Source: the human T2T-CHM13v2.0 reference genome, Homo sapiens | Strand: one strand, 5' to 3' | DNA: 64,000 nt | Assembly (NCBI RefSeq): GCF_009914755.1 | Contig: NC_060946.1 | Part shown: positions 15,501-30,282 of the stretch, piece by piece | Position numbering within the stretch: position 1 is the stretch's first letter | How the letters are laid out: every line of letters begins with the position of its first letter | Position numbers and translations under genes: made by a program | The notes under the pieces: generated by a model | The model's input: only the letters and a program-made list of their open reading frames with translations | Databases searched by the model: none | What the model was told of the DNA's origin: nothing

Positions 15501-16783
15501 GTTTTTGAATAAGCACAGAGAATTATTAATTAAATAGGAAATTTAAATGGTTTTAAATAGCAGTACATTTTGGAAACATTTGAGGGGAAAAGATTCTAAT
15601 GGAGGTGAATAGGAGGAACTGAAAGAAGAAAGTAGTGACAGCAATCAAGATCCTGGTGTAACTACAGAATGGAGAGATTGGGGACTGTCCCTGTAGTTGC
15701 CAAGAGGGGTTCCCGTCCCACCCTGTGCCAGGGCTGAAGGTGCTTCTCAGCCAGGGAACGGCCTTGGAGCTCTCTTGTGGTATCCAGGACAATTTGTGTT
15801 GTCCTCTAATCAGGGTGGATCCTTCTGGATGCAGTATGACAATAAGATAAATTTACAATGTCCTTTTGGTATATTTCTGAAACTTGATTGGTGTGTTTTT
15901 CATGGGTGGATGGTTGGTGAGGGTGGGGTTTCTGAACCACTGAAATAAGTTGCTGTCCCTAACCTTGGACTGTTACACCATTTTTCCTTTGACCTTTGAT
16001 CTGTGATGAAGTAACTTCTGGAAGTGGGATATCAGGAGTTATGTTCTTGTTGGTTTACACATGTTATTTTTTACAAGAACTCTATAAACTAGATTTTATC
16101 AGTTCTTTTTTATAGGAGAAGAAACAGATTTGCAGATACATAAAGTGATTAAGTGATTTGTCCAGAGTCACACAACTTGGATGGCAGAACTGGAGCTTGA
16201 ACTCAGGTCTCTTGACCTTTAAGTTCAGTTCTCTACTCACTGTATGGGAGACCCGGAAGGAGATTCTTTTGGTGTGTCACATAGCCTTACCATTGCTTTG
16301 TCCTATGTAACGTCATCAATTATGTGAATTATCTGACATTACAAGAGTCAGAAGGTGTCGTAGAGATGCCTTAGAGTCCAACTTCCTTTTTATTGTAGAT
16401 GAGAATACTGGGTGGCCAAGTGACTTAGATTGAAGACAGCACTTGTTAGAAGGAAGACTAATGGGTTTCAAGTCAAAGTCAGAATTTAAAAGTATCCTAA
16501 AGGCTGGAACCTTGGGCTGATTTACCAAATAAAAATTTTAACAGATAAAGGTTTAGATTTTTTAGAATACAGATTACACAGCAATGAAGAGGATGAGCTG
16601 GGCATGGTGGTGTGCTCCTGTAATGCCAGCAACTTGGGAGGCTGAGGCGGAGCTCAGGCTGTAGTGTGCTATGATAGAGAAAAAAAATTAAGAAGAAAAG
16701 GAAAGAAGTGGGATGTTGCTTACTATACAGTTTTTTCAACATTTCTGCATGTTTGTAAAATTTCATAATAAAACATTAGGGGA

Positions 16784-17205
<422 letters not shown>

Positions 17206-17905
17206 TTAAGGTAGGAGCAGCTCAGTTTCTAGATCGAGGGAAATAATAGTCTTGCTGAGCTCTGTGCTTGCCAGACCAGATCTGTCTTGTATCTGTGCCC
17301 ACTTCCGAGGTGCCTGTCATACTTTGATGCCAGTGGACACAGGGTACTGAAATCTGGAGGAGTGGATGGGGAATGTGTGGTGCTGACTTGGAAGGAGGGC
17401 CAATTTAGGGAATCGCCATGGTGGTCTTCAGATACTGGGGGAGTTGTGGAGTGAGAGTGGTACTTTTATTTTGAACATAAAGCTTAGATTAAGGGAGAGC
17501 AAAGACATTACAGGGAATTAGATGCCCATTCTGTTTTCCTCATCCCTGACCCTCCCATTCTGTATCTTCAGTACAGCAGCGCAGGTTAGTCTTTGGGAAC
17601 TGCAAGTCAGGTTATAGGACTGCACGGCTTTTATTCACCGTCCTGTGTCACATGAAGCCCAGGGCTTGACTGGTCTTCTGGCCCTTGCCGACAAGTCCTC
17701 ATTTTGACATTTCTGTATTCTAGCCATACTGTATTCTAGCCAAGTCATTAGAGTTCTTCAGTTGAACCTGTGTTTACTCTCATACCTTCGAGGTGTACCT
17801 CCTACTTTGTTGCCCAAAGTAAGGCAGAATTGGGGATCTTTCTGCTTCCATTGTATCCTGTACATATACTTGCCCTGTTTTTTGTTTTTTAAAGTAGGTT
17901 CATAA

Positions 17906-18292
<387 letters not shown>

Positions 18293-19279
18293 TGTCCTAG
18301 TCTTTATATGCCCATATATTTGAGTCCTCCTTGACTAGGTTCCCAGAGAATTGGTGCTTGGCTTGCCTGGACATGGAATAAACGTTTATTGATAAATAAA
18401 TGTTGTGCCCACAATGACTTGCCTCATAACTTTTTAGTAGTCAGGATCCTCCCACAGTAGACTCTTGTAACTACAAGAATATTTTTTTGTCGATGTTGCA
18501 CGTAGAGTTTCCTGTAAAATGGCTTCCAAGATATTTTTCATTTCTAGTAAAGAGTCTATGAGTTGATTTTTAAATAGTATTATGTCTACCTTATATGGTA
18601 GGTAAGAGATAGCCCTTTGTTTTCCTCAGGAGGTTTTAATTATATGATCTCCTTGTAGAAGTAAAGGAAACTCTGGAGCTTCCTGTGTGGCTGTGAATGT
18701 GTAATTAGCTTTGGGCAGGGCTCCCAGAGCTGTGAACCCTGTCCTGAGGAGCACTGGGACATTCTAGTGAGCGTTCAGGCCACCCAGATTGCAGCCTTGT
18801 AAATGAAGGGTTTATTTCTCTAATGAGAGTGGTTTGTGTCTTCACTCAATTAATATTTTAATATTAAATTATGGCAAATATTTTAAATTTAAAAGTAGAT
18901 ATATATAAATTAGTATGATTTTTAAAATAATTTCAATAATTGTTTTAAAAAGTAATTTTAATACATGTCAATAATTTATTTTAGACTCAAGGGGTACACG
19001 CACAGGTTTGTTGCATGGGTATGTTGCACGATGCTGAGGTTTGGGGTACGGATCCCGTCACCCAGGTAGTGAGCATAGTTTTTCAACTCATGCCCATCCC
19101 TCATTCCCTTCTTCCAATTAGTATGATTACAACTAAGAATTTTACTTTTACAGCTCTAATTTAATACATATTGATCTAGACCTGGCAATAAATATTCTGC
19201 TCTAAGAAAGGTTTTATGTTAAATAACATGGTAGTTAGTCCCTTCAAAATAAAAAATGTTGATTAAGAATACCAGCACG

Positions 19280-19569
<290 letters not shown>

Positions 19570-20556
19570 GTATACCAGCACTGATGACAACATTGGACAA
19601 GTAGACAAATCTAGAAGGGGCAGGTTGAGCTGTGTAGTTTTAGTGTTGTCACGGTTTGTTTATATGTTGTGAAATATTCATTGAGATCAAAAGCTGGCAT
19701 TCCTAACTTGTGTTATATGTATATTGGAGGCCATATGGAGTGGCAGAAGTGAAGTGAGGTTTGAATTCAGACCGTTGTTCCTCAAGAATGAATTGACCTG
19801 GAGAGAATTACTTGCAATCTCTGATCCTTAGTTCCTTCATCTAGACATACCCACCTGGGATCATGTGAGGATCCAGTGAACTGTACAAGGTACCGCACAG
19901 GACATGGTGCTTGCTGTCGGGGAGAGGCTCAAGGCCTTCAGTGCCTTTCCCTGTTATTTTTGGGAGCAGTGCATCTATTTTGGTGTTTTTAAGAAACACT
20001 GTTTGACAAATACATGAGGCATACTTCATGGACTATTGTTTCAGATTATTCTTAGAACACAGAGGCAGGATCCACAATGTTTTTATGAGGAGAGCTACTT
20101 TTTATTCCCCCAAACCTTGACTTTCCTGGACTAGAGGTCTCAGTGATGTGTGCTGATGTGACACCCTTGAGCAAAGTTGGAGAAGAGAGAGTGGTAATTT
20201 CCACCACTTCCCCTTCTCCAAGACACTGGAAGTGCTGTGAACTGTGCTCCTTCGCTCCTCTGCTCTGTAATCTCTGCCTGGGGGGGCTCTAGAGGGGCTC
20301 TAGGGAGGAGTGTCAGCCAGTGATTTCTCCATCTCGACCAGGTAGGGACCCAGGACCTTCTGGTGAATTCTAATTTGTTTTTTTATGAGCCTGAGGGTCA
20401 TTTAAGGAATTTGTGGAAGCATTTGTGATTGTCTCAGTGGTTGGTGGGTGCTATAGGCATTTATTTAATAGGTAGGGCCCATGGAATTCAAGGCTTAGTG
20501 TGGTGACAGTTCTGTAAAATAGAACTTTTCCTATGATCTGCACAGCTTTAGAATAT

Positions 20557-20842
20557 CTTTTTTTTTTTTTTCTGAGACCAAATCTTACTCTGTCACCCAG
20601 GACAGAGTGTAGTGGTGTGATCCCAGCTCACTGCAACCCGGGTTCAAGCGATTGTCCTGCCTCAGCCTCCCAAGTAGCTGGAATTAAGAGATGTGCCACC
20701 ACGCTCGGCTAATTTTTGTATTTTTAGTAGAGGCGGAGTTTTACCATGTTGACCAGGCTGTTCTCGAACTCCTGACCTCAGGGGATCCATCCACGGCCTC
20801 CCAAAGTGCTGGGATTACAAGCATGAGCCACTGCGCCTGGCC
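20557..20842 (-). mobile_element. Alu (AluS-like)
   Basis: TSD tagaatatctt. Confidence 0.9.
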
Positions 20843-21209
20843 TAGAATATCTTGATGAATAATTTATGTAGATAGAAAAAAACTGTTTAAGGCCGAACCT
20901 ATAACTGAATTCCATTTTACATAAAGGGTTTTTTTAAATGTAATTTTAGTAGAAATGGAAATTTCAGGAAATGGAATTAGTCTAGACTTTGAAGGGAAAT
21001 TATCTCATTTTGTTCTTAGTTTTATTAAGTGTATTACTAGTCTTGGTTCTCTCAAGAAACAGAACCGATAGCATATATATATATCTCTCCAGTAGGACAG
21101 AGAGCGAGATGTTTATATATATAGTATATTTAACTATATTTAACCAATATATATGATTGTGTCATGCGCATCCTATTGGTTCTGTTTCTCTGGAGAAAAT
21201 ATAAGTATT

Positions 21210-22061
21210 CACCAGTTGCCCTTTATCTATGGTTTTGCTTTCCATGCTTTGAGTACCTCATGGTCAACCAAGGTCTGAAAATATTGAATGGAAAAATTCC
21301 TGAAACAAACAGTTGGTACGTTTTAAATTGTGGACTGTTCTGAATGACATGATGAAATCTTGTGCGGTCTCATTGTCACACCTGGAAGATGAGTCCTCAC
21401 TTTGTCCGATGTATCCATGCTGTGTGTGCTGCCTGCCCATTAGTCCCTTAGTCTTGGTTATCAGATTAACTGTCTGGTATCACAGTGCTTGTAACCCTTA
21501 GTTCACTTAATAATGGACCCACAGTGCAGGAGTAGTGATGCTAGCATATTGTATTATTGCTTACTTTATTATTAGTTATTGTTGTTAATCTCCTACTGTG
21601 CCTAATTTATCAACTTAACTTTATCATAGGTGGTATGTATACATGGTCCCCAACTTACTGTGGTTCGACCTAAGATTTTTCAACTTTATGATGGCATGAA
21701 ACTGTCACATTTTGAATGTAATGTATAATATTCAATAAATTACATGAGGTGTTCAATACTTTATTATAAAATAGGCTTCATGTTAGATGATTTTTGTCCA
21801 CCTATAGGTTAATGTAAGTGGTCTGAGCATGTTTAAGATAGGCTAGGCTAAGCTATGACGTTCAGTAGGTAAAGTGTATTAAATGCATTTTTGATTCATG
21901 ATATTTTCAACTTACGATATTTTTATTCCATCATAAGTTGAGCAGCGTCTTTATGTATAGGCAAAAACATAGTATATATGGAGTTGGGCAATATCTGCAT
22001 TTTTAGGCATCCGTAGGGGTTCTTGAAACATATCCCCCTCGGATAAAGGGGAAGCATTCTA
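21210..22061. mobile_element. MER44 (Tigger7-derived) element, itself interrupted by MER47
   Basis: Decayed TIRs (ccctttatc / ggataaagggg) and the internal agtagtgatgctagcatattg...tactgtgcctaatttat motif. Confidence 0.7.
21640..21951 (-). mobile_element. MER47-like Tigger MITE
   Basis: Similar to the copies at 24970 and 60431 (aaaataggcttcatgttagatgatttt...ggctaggctaagctatga). Confidence 0.7.
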
Positions 22062-23614
22062 TATATAACAAGATCCTTATTAAAGGAATTGGCTCATGCA
22101 ATTATGGAGGCTGAGAAGTCCCAAGATCTGCAGTTGGCCAGCTAGAGATCCAGGAAAGCTGATGGTGTCATTCTGATCTGGCTCTGAAGGCCTGAAAACC
22201 AGGAGAGCCACCGATGTAAGTTTCTGTCTGAAATCCAGCAGGCTTTAGACCCAAGGAAAACCAATGTTTGTTTCAGTTTGAGTCAGACGGCAAGCAGAGA
22301 TGTCCCAGCTCAGCAGTCAGGTGGGAGGGGCTCCCTCTTACTTAGCCTTTTTGTTTTATTCAGGTCTACAGTTGATGAGATGAGGCCCACCCACATTAGG
22401 GAAGTTAATCTGCTTTAGACAGTCCACTGAATAAAACGTTAATTTCATCCAGAAACACCCTCACAGAAACACGCAGAATAATATTTGACCAAATGTCTGG
22501 GCACCCCATGATGCAGTCAGATTGACACATAAATTAACCATCACACTGAGAGTGATTCACCTTTTTAGGTAAATGAAGAATCAATCACATTATTGATAGC
22601 ATTCATGATAGGTAGGGTGATATCTGAGTTGCCAAAATGACATACCCAAATGAAGAGTATTTGTAGCTGTGAAATTCAGTGATTCAACTTAGAGATGTGG
22701 ATTTCTGACCATTTTAGTCCTAATATAGTCCTGCCTGAAAATTTACATATTGAAATTTATATTTATTTTATTAAAAATTGTTTTTATATTATAGTTGCTG
22801 TGTTAAGTAGATATTTTTGGAATATATATGTAATAAGTTATTTCTGAATTTTATTTCAGGATAGTAAAGGTATATTTTCAATAGTTTTTAAAGAACGGGG
22901 GTGAGGCATGGTGGTTCACACTTGTAATCCCAGCTATTCGGGAGGCTGAGGTGGCAGGATCCATTGAGCTTGGAAGGTCAAGACTGCAGTGAGCCGTGAC
23001 TGCACCACTGCACTCCAGCATGGGTGACAGAGTAAGACCCTGTCTCAAAAAAACGGTGAACAGGGGGTATTTGGGTCTGATATGGCTAAGAACCAGCCGG
23101 TCTAAGTGATCTCAAGCTGCCAGCCTCCTTGAACAGTCTGCATCTCAGCATCTTTAAAGGTTTGACTGTGTTTCTTTTCTCCTCTTGGACCTCTGCAAAA
23201 CCATAATCTTTCTCTTTATCACATATTTTACAGCATTGGCATATATTTTCCAGAAGTCCTTGTTCGACTTACAATGTTTTTATTTCATCATAAGTTTAGG
23301 AAAAACTTATGGTTTTTTTTTTAATTTTAGCTCTATTGATATGTAATTTATATGTCATACAATGCACTTATTTAAAGTGTAAAACTTAGTGGTTTTCAAT
23401 ATATTCACAGTATTGTGCAACTATCACCGTGATCTAATGTTAGAACTTTGCATGTCTACAAAAAGAAACCCTGTATCCATTAGTAGCCAGCCTCTATACT
23501 CCCTACCCCAACCCCTGGCAATCACTTATATTCTTTTTATCTCTATAGATTTGTTTCTGCTAGATAATTTATATAAATGGAATCATATAATACATGGTCC
23601 TTTGTGGCCTTCCA

Positions 23615-24953
23615 GTTTTTTTGTTCTTTATTTAAAAAAGAAAACAAGATACATGTGCAGAACATGCAGGTTTGTTACATAGGTATACATGTGCCATGGT
23701 GGTTTGCTGCACCTATTGACCCATCCTCTAAGTTCTCTCCCCTCGTTCCCCACCCCACAACAGGCCCTGGTGTGTGTTGTTCCCTTCTCTGTGTCCTTGT
23801 ATTCTCATTTTTCACCTCCACTTATGAGCAAGAACATGCAGTGTTTGGTTTTCTGTTCCTGTGTTTGCTGAGGATGATGGCTTCCAGCTTCATCCATGTC
23901 CCTCCAAAGGACATGATCTCATTCCTTCTTATGGCTGCATAGTATTCCATGGTGTATATGTACCACATTTTCTTCATCCAGTGTATCATTGATGGGCATT
24001 TGGGTTGGTTCCATGTCTTTGCTATTGTAAACAGTGCTGCAATAAACATACCGTGTGCTTGTATCTTTATAGTGGAACGATTTGTATTCCTTTGAGTATA
24101 TACGCAATAATGGGATTGCTGGGGTATTTCTGGTTCTGGATCCTTGAGGAATCACCATACTGTCTTCCACAATGGTTGAAGTAATTTACATTTCCACCAA
24201 CAGTGTAAAAGCATTCCTATTTCTCCACAACCTTGCCAGCATCTGCTGTTTCTTGACTTTTTAATCATTGCAATTCTGACTGGCATGAGATGTTATCTCA
24301 TTGTGGTTTTGATTTGCATTTCTCAGATGATCAGTGATGTTGATATACAGACTAATAGAACAGAACAGTGATGTTGATATATAGACCAATGGAACAGAAC
24401 AGAGACCTCAGAAATAACACCACACACCTACAACCAGCTGATCTTCGACAAACCTGACAAAAATAAGCAATAGGGAAAGGATGTTGTATTCATTAAATGG
24501 TACTGGGAAAACTGGGTAGCTGTATGCAGAAAACTGAAACTGGACCCCTTCCTTACACCTTATAAAAAATTAACTCAAGCTGGATTAAAGACTTAAATGT
24601 AAAACCCAAAACCATAAAAATCCTAGAAGAAAACCTAGGCAATACCATTCAGGACATAGGCATGGGCAAAGACTTCCATGACAGAAACACCAAAAGCAAT
24701 TGCAACAAAAACCAAAATTGACAAATGGGATCTAAGTAAACTAAAGAGCTTCTGCACAGCAAAAGAAACTATCATCAGAGCAAAGAGGCAACCTACAGAA
24801 TGGGAGAAACTTTTGCAATCTCCCCATCTAACAAAGGTCTAATATCCAGAATTTACAAGTAACTTAAACAAATTTACAAGAAGAAAACAACCCCATCAAA
24901 AATTGGGCAAAGGATATGAACAGACACTTCTCAAAAGAAGACATTTACGTGGT
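23615..24953. mobile_element. Primate L1 (L1PA/PB) with 5' inversion
   Basis: 23615-24343 is the L1 3' end on the minus strand (ORF track MFIAALFTIAKTWNQPKCP); 24344-24953 is upstream ORF2 sequence on the plus strand. Confidence 0.85.
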
Positions 24954-24969
24954 CTTCTTTTATTTGGTA

Positions 24970-25333
24970 CAGATGCTCCTTTATTTAACGTGGGGTTACA
25001 TCCTATAAACCCCTCGTAAGTTGACAATGTCATGAGTTGAAAATACGTTTATTATACCTAACATACTGAACATCGTAGCTTAGCCTAACCTACCTTAAAC
25101 ATGGTCGGAACACTTAAATTAGTCTACAGTTAGACAGAATCATCTAACACAAAGCCTATTTTGTAATAAAGTGTTGAATATCTTATGTAATTTATTGAGT
25201 ACAGTACTGACAGTGAAAAACAGAATGGTTGTATGGGTACTCTAATGTATGGTTTCTAAAGGTTTATTGCTTTCACATCATTGTAAAGTTGAAACATTGT
25301 AAAGTTTAAAAATAGTAAGTCAGGGGTCATCTG
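24970..25333 (+). mobile_element. MER47-like Tigger MITE
   Basis: TA-flanked cagatgctcct...gggtcatctg TIRs; internal agcttagcctaacctaccttaaaca. Confidence 0.75.
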
Positions 25334-25375
25334 TGTATTGTTTTCAAGGTTCACCCATATTATAATATATATCAG

Positions 25376-26003
<628 letters not shown>

Positions 26004-26540
26004 TGATGTTTGAATACATGATGGGTTTTTGGAGGACTGAATTTAAATATGATGTTTAATATATTAAATGAGCATTCTTAGGGGTGTGCCCTCTTCTGGT
26101 GCTGGGAACACTTGGCCTTTGAAGAGAGCTTACAGTGGGGTGGACCTAATTGCTGTTTTTGGTCTGTCTTTTTGAATGAAACCAGACAATAGGCTTGTTC
26201 ATGAAACAATAATTGAGCACCTGCCTTGTGCAGGATGCTGTGATTGTGTGAGCTGGAGGTACAGTCTGCCTTCAGGGAGCTTGTGGAGGAAAGGGTGGAG
26301 GCAAGGCACAAACATGAATAATGAAAATACCCAGGGAGAATGTCAGATACCCTGGGAGAGCAGTAAAGCATTGTGAACAGTTTCAGGTAAGTAAATATTG
26401 TTTCAAGCCTGGGAAGGTTTTATGAAAAGGTCATGTGAGCCAAGTCTGGCAGTCCTGTGACCCCTAGACAGGTGTTTTTATCTGCCTGTCTCCCTCACTG
26501 TCACCACCACAAATTGCTGTTCTTCTGGCAGCTGGTCCAC

Positions 26541-26561
26541 GATGATGATGATGATGATGAT
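26541..26561. repeat. (GAT)7 microsatellite
   Basis: Direct reading. Confidence 0.9.
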
Positions 26562-27451
26562 TATACCATTTTTTAAAAAAGAGATGAGATATTATTCTTA
26601 TTATTACTATTACCATTTTTTTTTAAATAGATGAGATCTATGTTGCCCAGGCTGGTCTCCTGGGTTCAGTGGATCCTCCTGCCTCAGCCTCTCGAGTAGC
26701 TGGACTAGAGGTGTGCGTATGCATGCACAACTGGAAACATGATCTGTTCATTCCAGGCAGGGCCCTGATAGATCATGGCTTAATTATTTTAAGAAGGAAC
26801 TCAGGAACAGCCGATGAGGAACTTCCTTATATGTGTAGAAAGATCTAACAGGAAATGCTGGTTTTTCTATTCTAAGGTTGTTGGAACTGAACCCAGGCTT
26901 ATTCCCTTGGCTCGGAGATGCACACAGATTTTCTCCTAGCTGTGGCCCTGAGGAATTGTTAGGTATCATTCTGTGACCTGGAGGATGGTGCCAGGAATAG
27001 ACCCTTGCCCAGCTTCCATTGTCTCAGTGAACACACTGAATCATTTTGTTGGTGGCAGTGCTGCTGCTTTTTGGTGTAAGACAGGTGGCATTTTCTGACC
27101 TAACTGGTTATTCAGTTGCTGGGGCTCTCTTTGGCGTGGAGTGCCTGTGTGACTAGGTGACCTGTTATTTATGTGACTGGAAGAACAGGTTGAAATGTTG
27201 GCATTAGATGTGCACTGCTGCCTTCCTTCTGTGGCCTCTTCGTCAGAGGCAGGCAGTGTCTTTGGAGGTTTACTATGGAATGTGCACTGAGCAGGCATGT
27301 TACACCTTCTGAGTCTTGGATCTGGAGTTGCTGGGAATTTGGTCTTGAACAGTGAGTACTTTTCCACTGTAAAGCAAAACTGTACACTTACTCTTGCCAG
27401 CACATGCCAGCTGTCCATAGCTTTGGCTCTGCTGCATTAACAAGTTTAAAT

Positions 27452-27454
<3 letters not shown>

Positions 27455-27498
<44 letters not shown>
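27455..27498. repeat. (TG)~22 microsatellite
   Basis: Direct reading. Confidence 0.95.
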
Positions 27499-27500
<2 letters not shown>

Positions 27501-29536
27501 CAGGAAGGTCAGGACAGAGGTAAAACTATTTGGCAACACTTTTCCTGGAGTGGAGCAATTGCCTTCACTTAAGAGAGGGGAAGGAAAAAGTCATTAAATG
27601 GAGATTAAAGTAAAAACAGAGAAGGAAAGAAGAAAATAGTGGGAAAAAAATGGAAAACATTGAAGGGCTTTGAGACCCCACAGTGTTATTTTATTTTTCT
27701 AACTTTTTTTTTTCCTGTGCTTCTCTGGCACCTAGATACTTCCTACAATTTGAATTCCTTTAACTGTCATGGAGCATTGATGATTAACCAGATGAATGAA
27801 GTGTTTGGCTTAATTATTGAGACAGCATGTGCACACACCCATTCATTTATGGACACCCACACCTGTGTGTCTGTCACTGCACAATATTCTCATGACTCTC
27901 TTCTTGTAGTGACAGGATACAGGATATGCATTTCTTCACCTCTCATTTCAAGTATTGTTTGAGGCTAGATGTAGTTGAGGGTTAAGGGGAAGGACTCTTT
28001 TGATCCAGGACACTTCACTGCTGGTTGGAGCTTTTGTAAATACAAAACACTACTGCTGCTCACAGTGAGTTTTGGAGACATTATTCCCACTTCTGTCAGG
28101 AGCTGTGTCATTGGGCTTGCAGCCTTTGTATGCTTAATTCTCCTTGGTCACAGTCAGTGGAGAGGATTATTTTCCATGTAGAGAGGGTTTCCTGCATGCC
28201 TACGCTTTGCAGGGTTCACTTACTGTTCAGGTGTTCATGATTAGTTCTTTTGAAGTAATATACTTTTCCATTATACTGATGATAATTTTTTCTAAAAATT
28301 ACAGACATGAATTAATAAGCTTCAGTTAGAATCTATAATTGATATTTCTCCATGATTATTTGTGGTCATACAGTGTAAACATTTGTTAATTGTATGAACA
28401 ATCCTCCTCGGAAACTTGAAAGGTAAAATTTGATAACAAATCTTCAAATTTGAGAGAAAGATGCATGTGAAACTTGGGCTTGACTTAGAGAAGTATACGT
28501 ACCTGGTTGTAGTATTTCATTATTTGTGTCCGGAATGCTTGTACCAAATTATTTGCATTTTGCATCAGTTACAAAGAGTAGGCTGAACATTTATTCCTTC
28601 ATCCATTTCATGTTTTTAGACTTACTGATGGGGGGTGTTTATGTGTGAGAATGCACATGCCTTTACAGAATTTTGTAGCAAAAATTAAAAGAAATAGGGA
28701 AAAATAGCAGAGAGCCTGCTAGTAGCTTAGGGTAAAAGGTAAGTTGGAAAATGCAGAGTTGTGTTTTGTTTTGTTTTGACTTTTTTTGTTGAAGTAAAGC
28801 ATACGTACAGCAAAGTCCACAAAACACAGGTGTTGAGTTTAGTGAATCATCACAAAATGAAACATGTCCTTCAGTCACCACCTAGTTCAAGAAACAGAAC
28901 ATATGTGCCCCTCAGAAGCTTCCACCGTGCCTCTGCTTAATCATTGCCCTTCCTGTCCTCCCCCAAAGTAACTACCATTCTAACTTCTAGCACCAGAGAT
29001 GATTTTTGCCAGTTTTTGATCTTTACAGGAACGTAGTCACACACTATGTTCTTTTTATGTGTGTCTGGTTTCTTATCTGTACTGTTGCATCTAGCAGCGG
29101 TCACTTCCTTTTCATTGTTGGTTAGTAATCCATGGGATGAATATACCACAGTTTGTTCATCTCTTCTGCTATTGGCAGACTTTTACTACTATTGGCAGAC
29201 TTTTGGAGTTTCTTCTCTGTGGTTATGAGTATTATTGTTATGAACATTCTTATATGTGTGTATTAATACACATGTGCACCCATTTGTGTTGGTTCTAGAA
29301 TGAGGAGTGAAATTACTGGACCGTAGAGTATACCTATGTTCAGCTTTAATGTTATAGATAGAAGAAAATCATTTCTCAAGGTGGTTACCAGTTTACACTC
29401 CTGGTTACTTCACATTTTCTCCTGTACTTAAATTGTTACTCCTTTCATGTTAAGCACTCACGGATGTATAAAGGAATGGAGCAGTGGCATTAATTTGCAT
29501 CGTTACCAGTAAGATTGAATACCTTTTCATACAATC

Positions 29537-30282
29537 TTTTTTTTTTTTTTGAGATGGAGTTTCACTCTTGTTGCCCAGGCTGGAGTGCAATGGCGCCATC
29601 TCCGCCTCCCGGGTTCAAGCGATTCTCCTGCCTCAGCCTCCCGAGTAGCTGGGATTACAGGCATGTGCCACCACGCCTGGCTAATTTTTTGTATTTTTAG
29701 TAGAGACGGGGTTTCTCCATGTTGGTCAGGCTGGTCTTGAACTCCCGACCTCAGGTCATCCACCCACCTCGGCCTCCCAAAGTGCTGGAATTACAGGCAT
29801 GAGCCACTGCACCCGGCCTTATACATTCTTTTTATGTGCTCAGTGGACATTTAGACCCTCTTCTATGAAGTGCCTGTTCAAGTCACTTGCCCATTTTTCC
29901 GTTGTCTTTTTTTTTTCCAAACTTTTTTTTTTATTGTGGAAAAATACATACAACATTCATCACTTTGGCCTTTTAATTTTTAATTTTAATTTTTTAATTT
30001 TTTTAAGAGATGGAGTCTTACTCTGTTGCCTGCCCAGGCTGGAGTACAATGGCGTGATCCTAGCTCACTGCAGCCTTGAACTCCTGGGCTCAAGCGGTCT
30101 TCAGGCTTCAGCCTCCTGAGTAGCTGGAATTACAGATGTGTGTCACATACCCAGCTAATCAAAACAAAATTTTTTTTAGAGACAGGGTCTCACTTTTTTA
30201 CCCTGGCTGGTCTCTAACTCCTTGGCTTCAAGTAATTCTCCTGTGACGGTGGGATTTTAGGTGTGAGCCACTGTGCCCAACC
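29537..30282 (-). mobile_element. Two antisense Alus (29537-29817; ~29975-30282)
   Basis: Antisense Alu consensus. Confidence 0.88.

Larger units (their letters stand above)
21030..22544 (-). mobile_element. MLT2 (ERVL) LTR interrupted by nested DNA transposons
   Basis: Starts tgtatta...agaaacagaacc; resumes ~22065 aaggaattggctcatgcaattatggaggctgagaagtccc; ends gacacataaattaaccatcaca. Confidence 0.75.

Noticed and set aside
16595-16690. Possible 7SL RNA gene
   Set aside because: Only a degraded, deleted Alu-domain monomer (FAM-like) with an A-tail; no S domain.
23822-24170. ORF2p C-terminal-like peptides
   Set aside because: Fragment of a dead, truncated and inverted L1 with stops and frameshifts.
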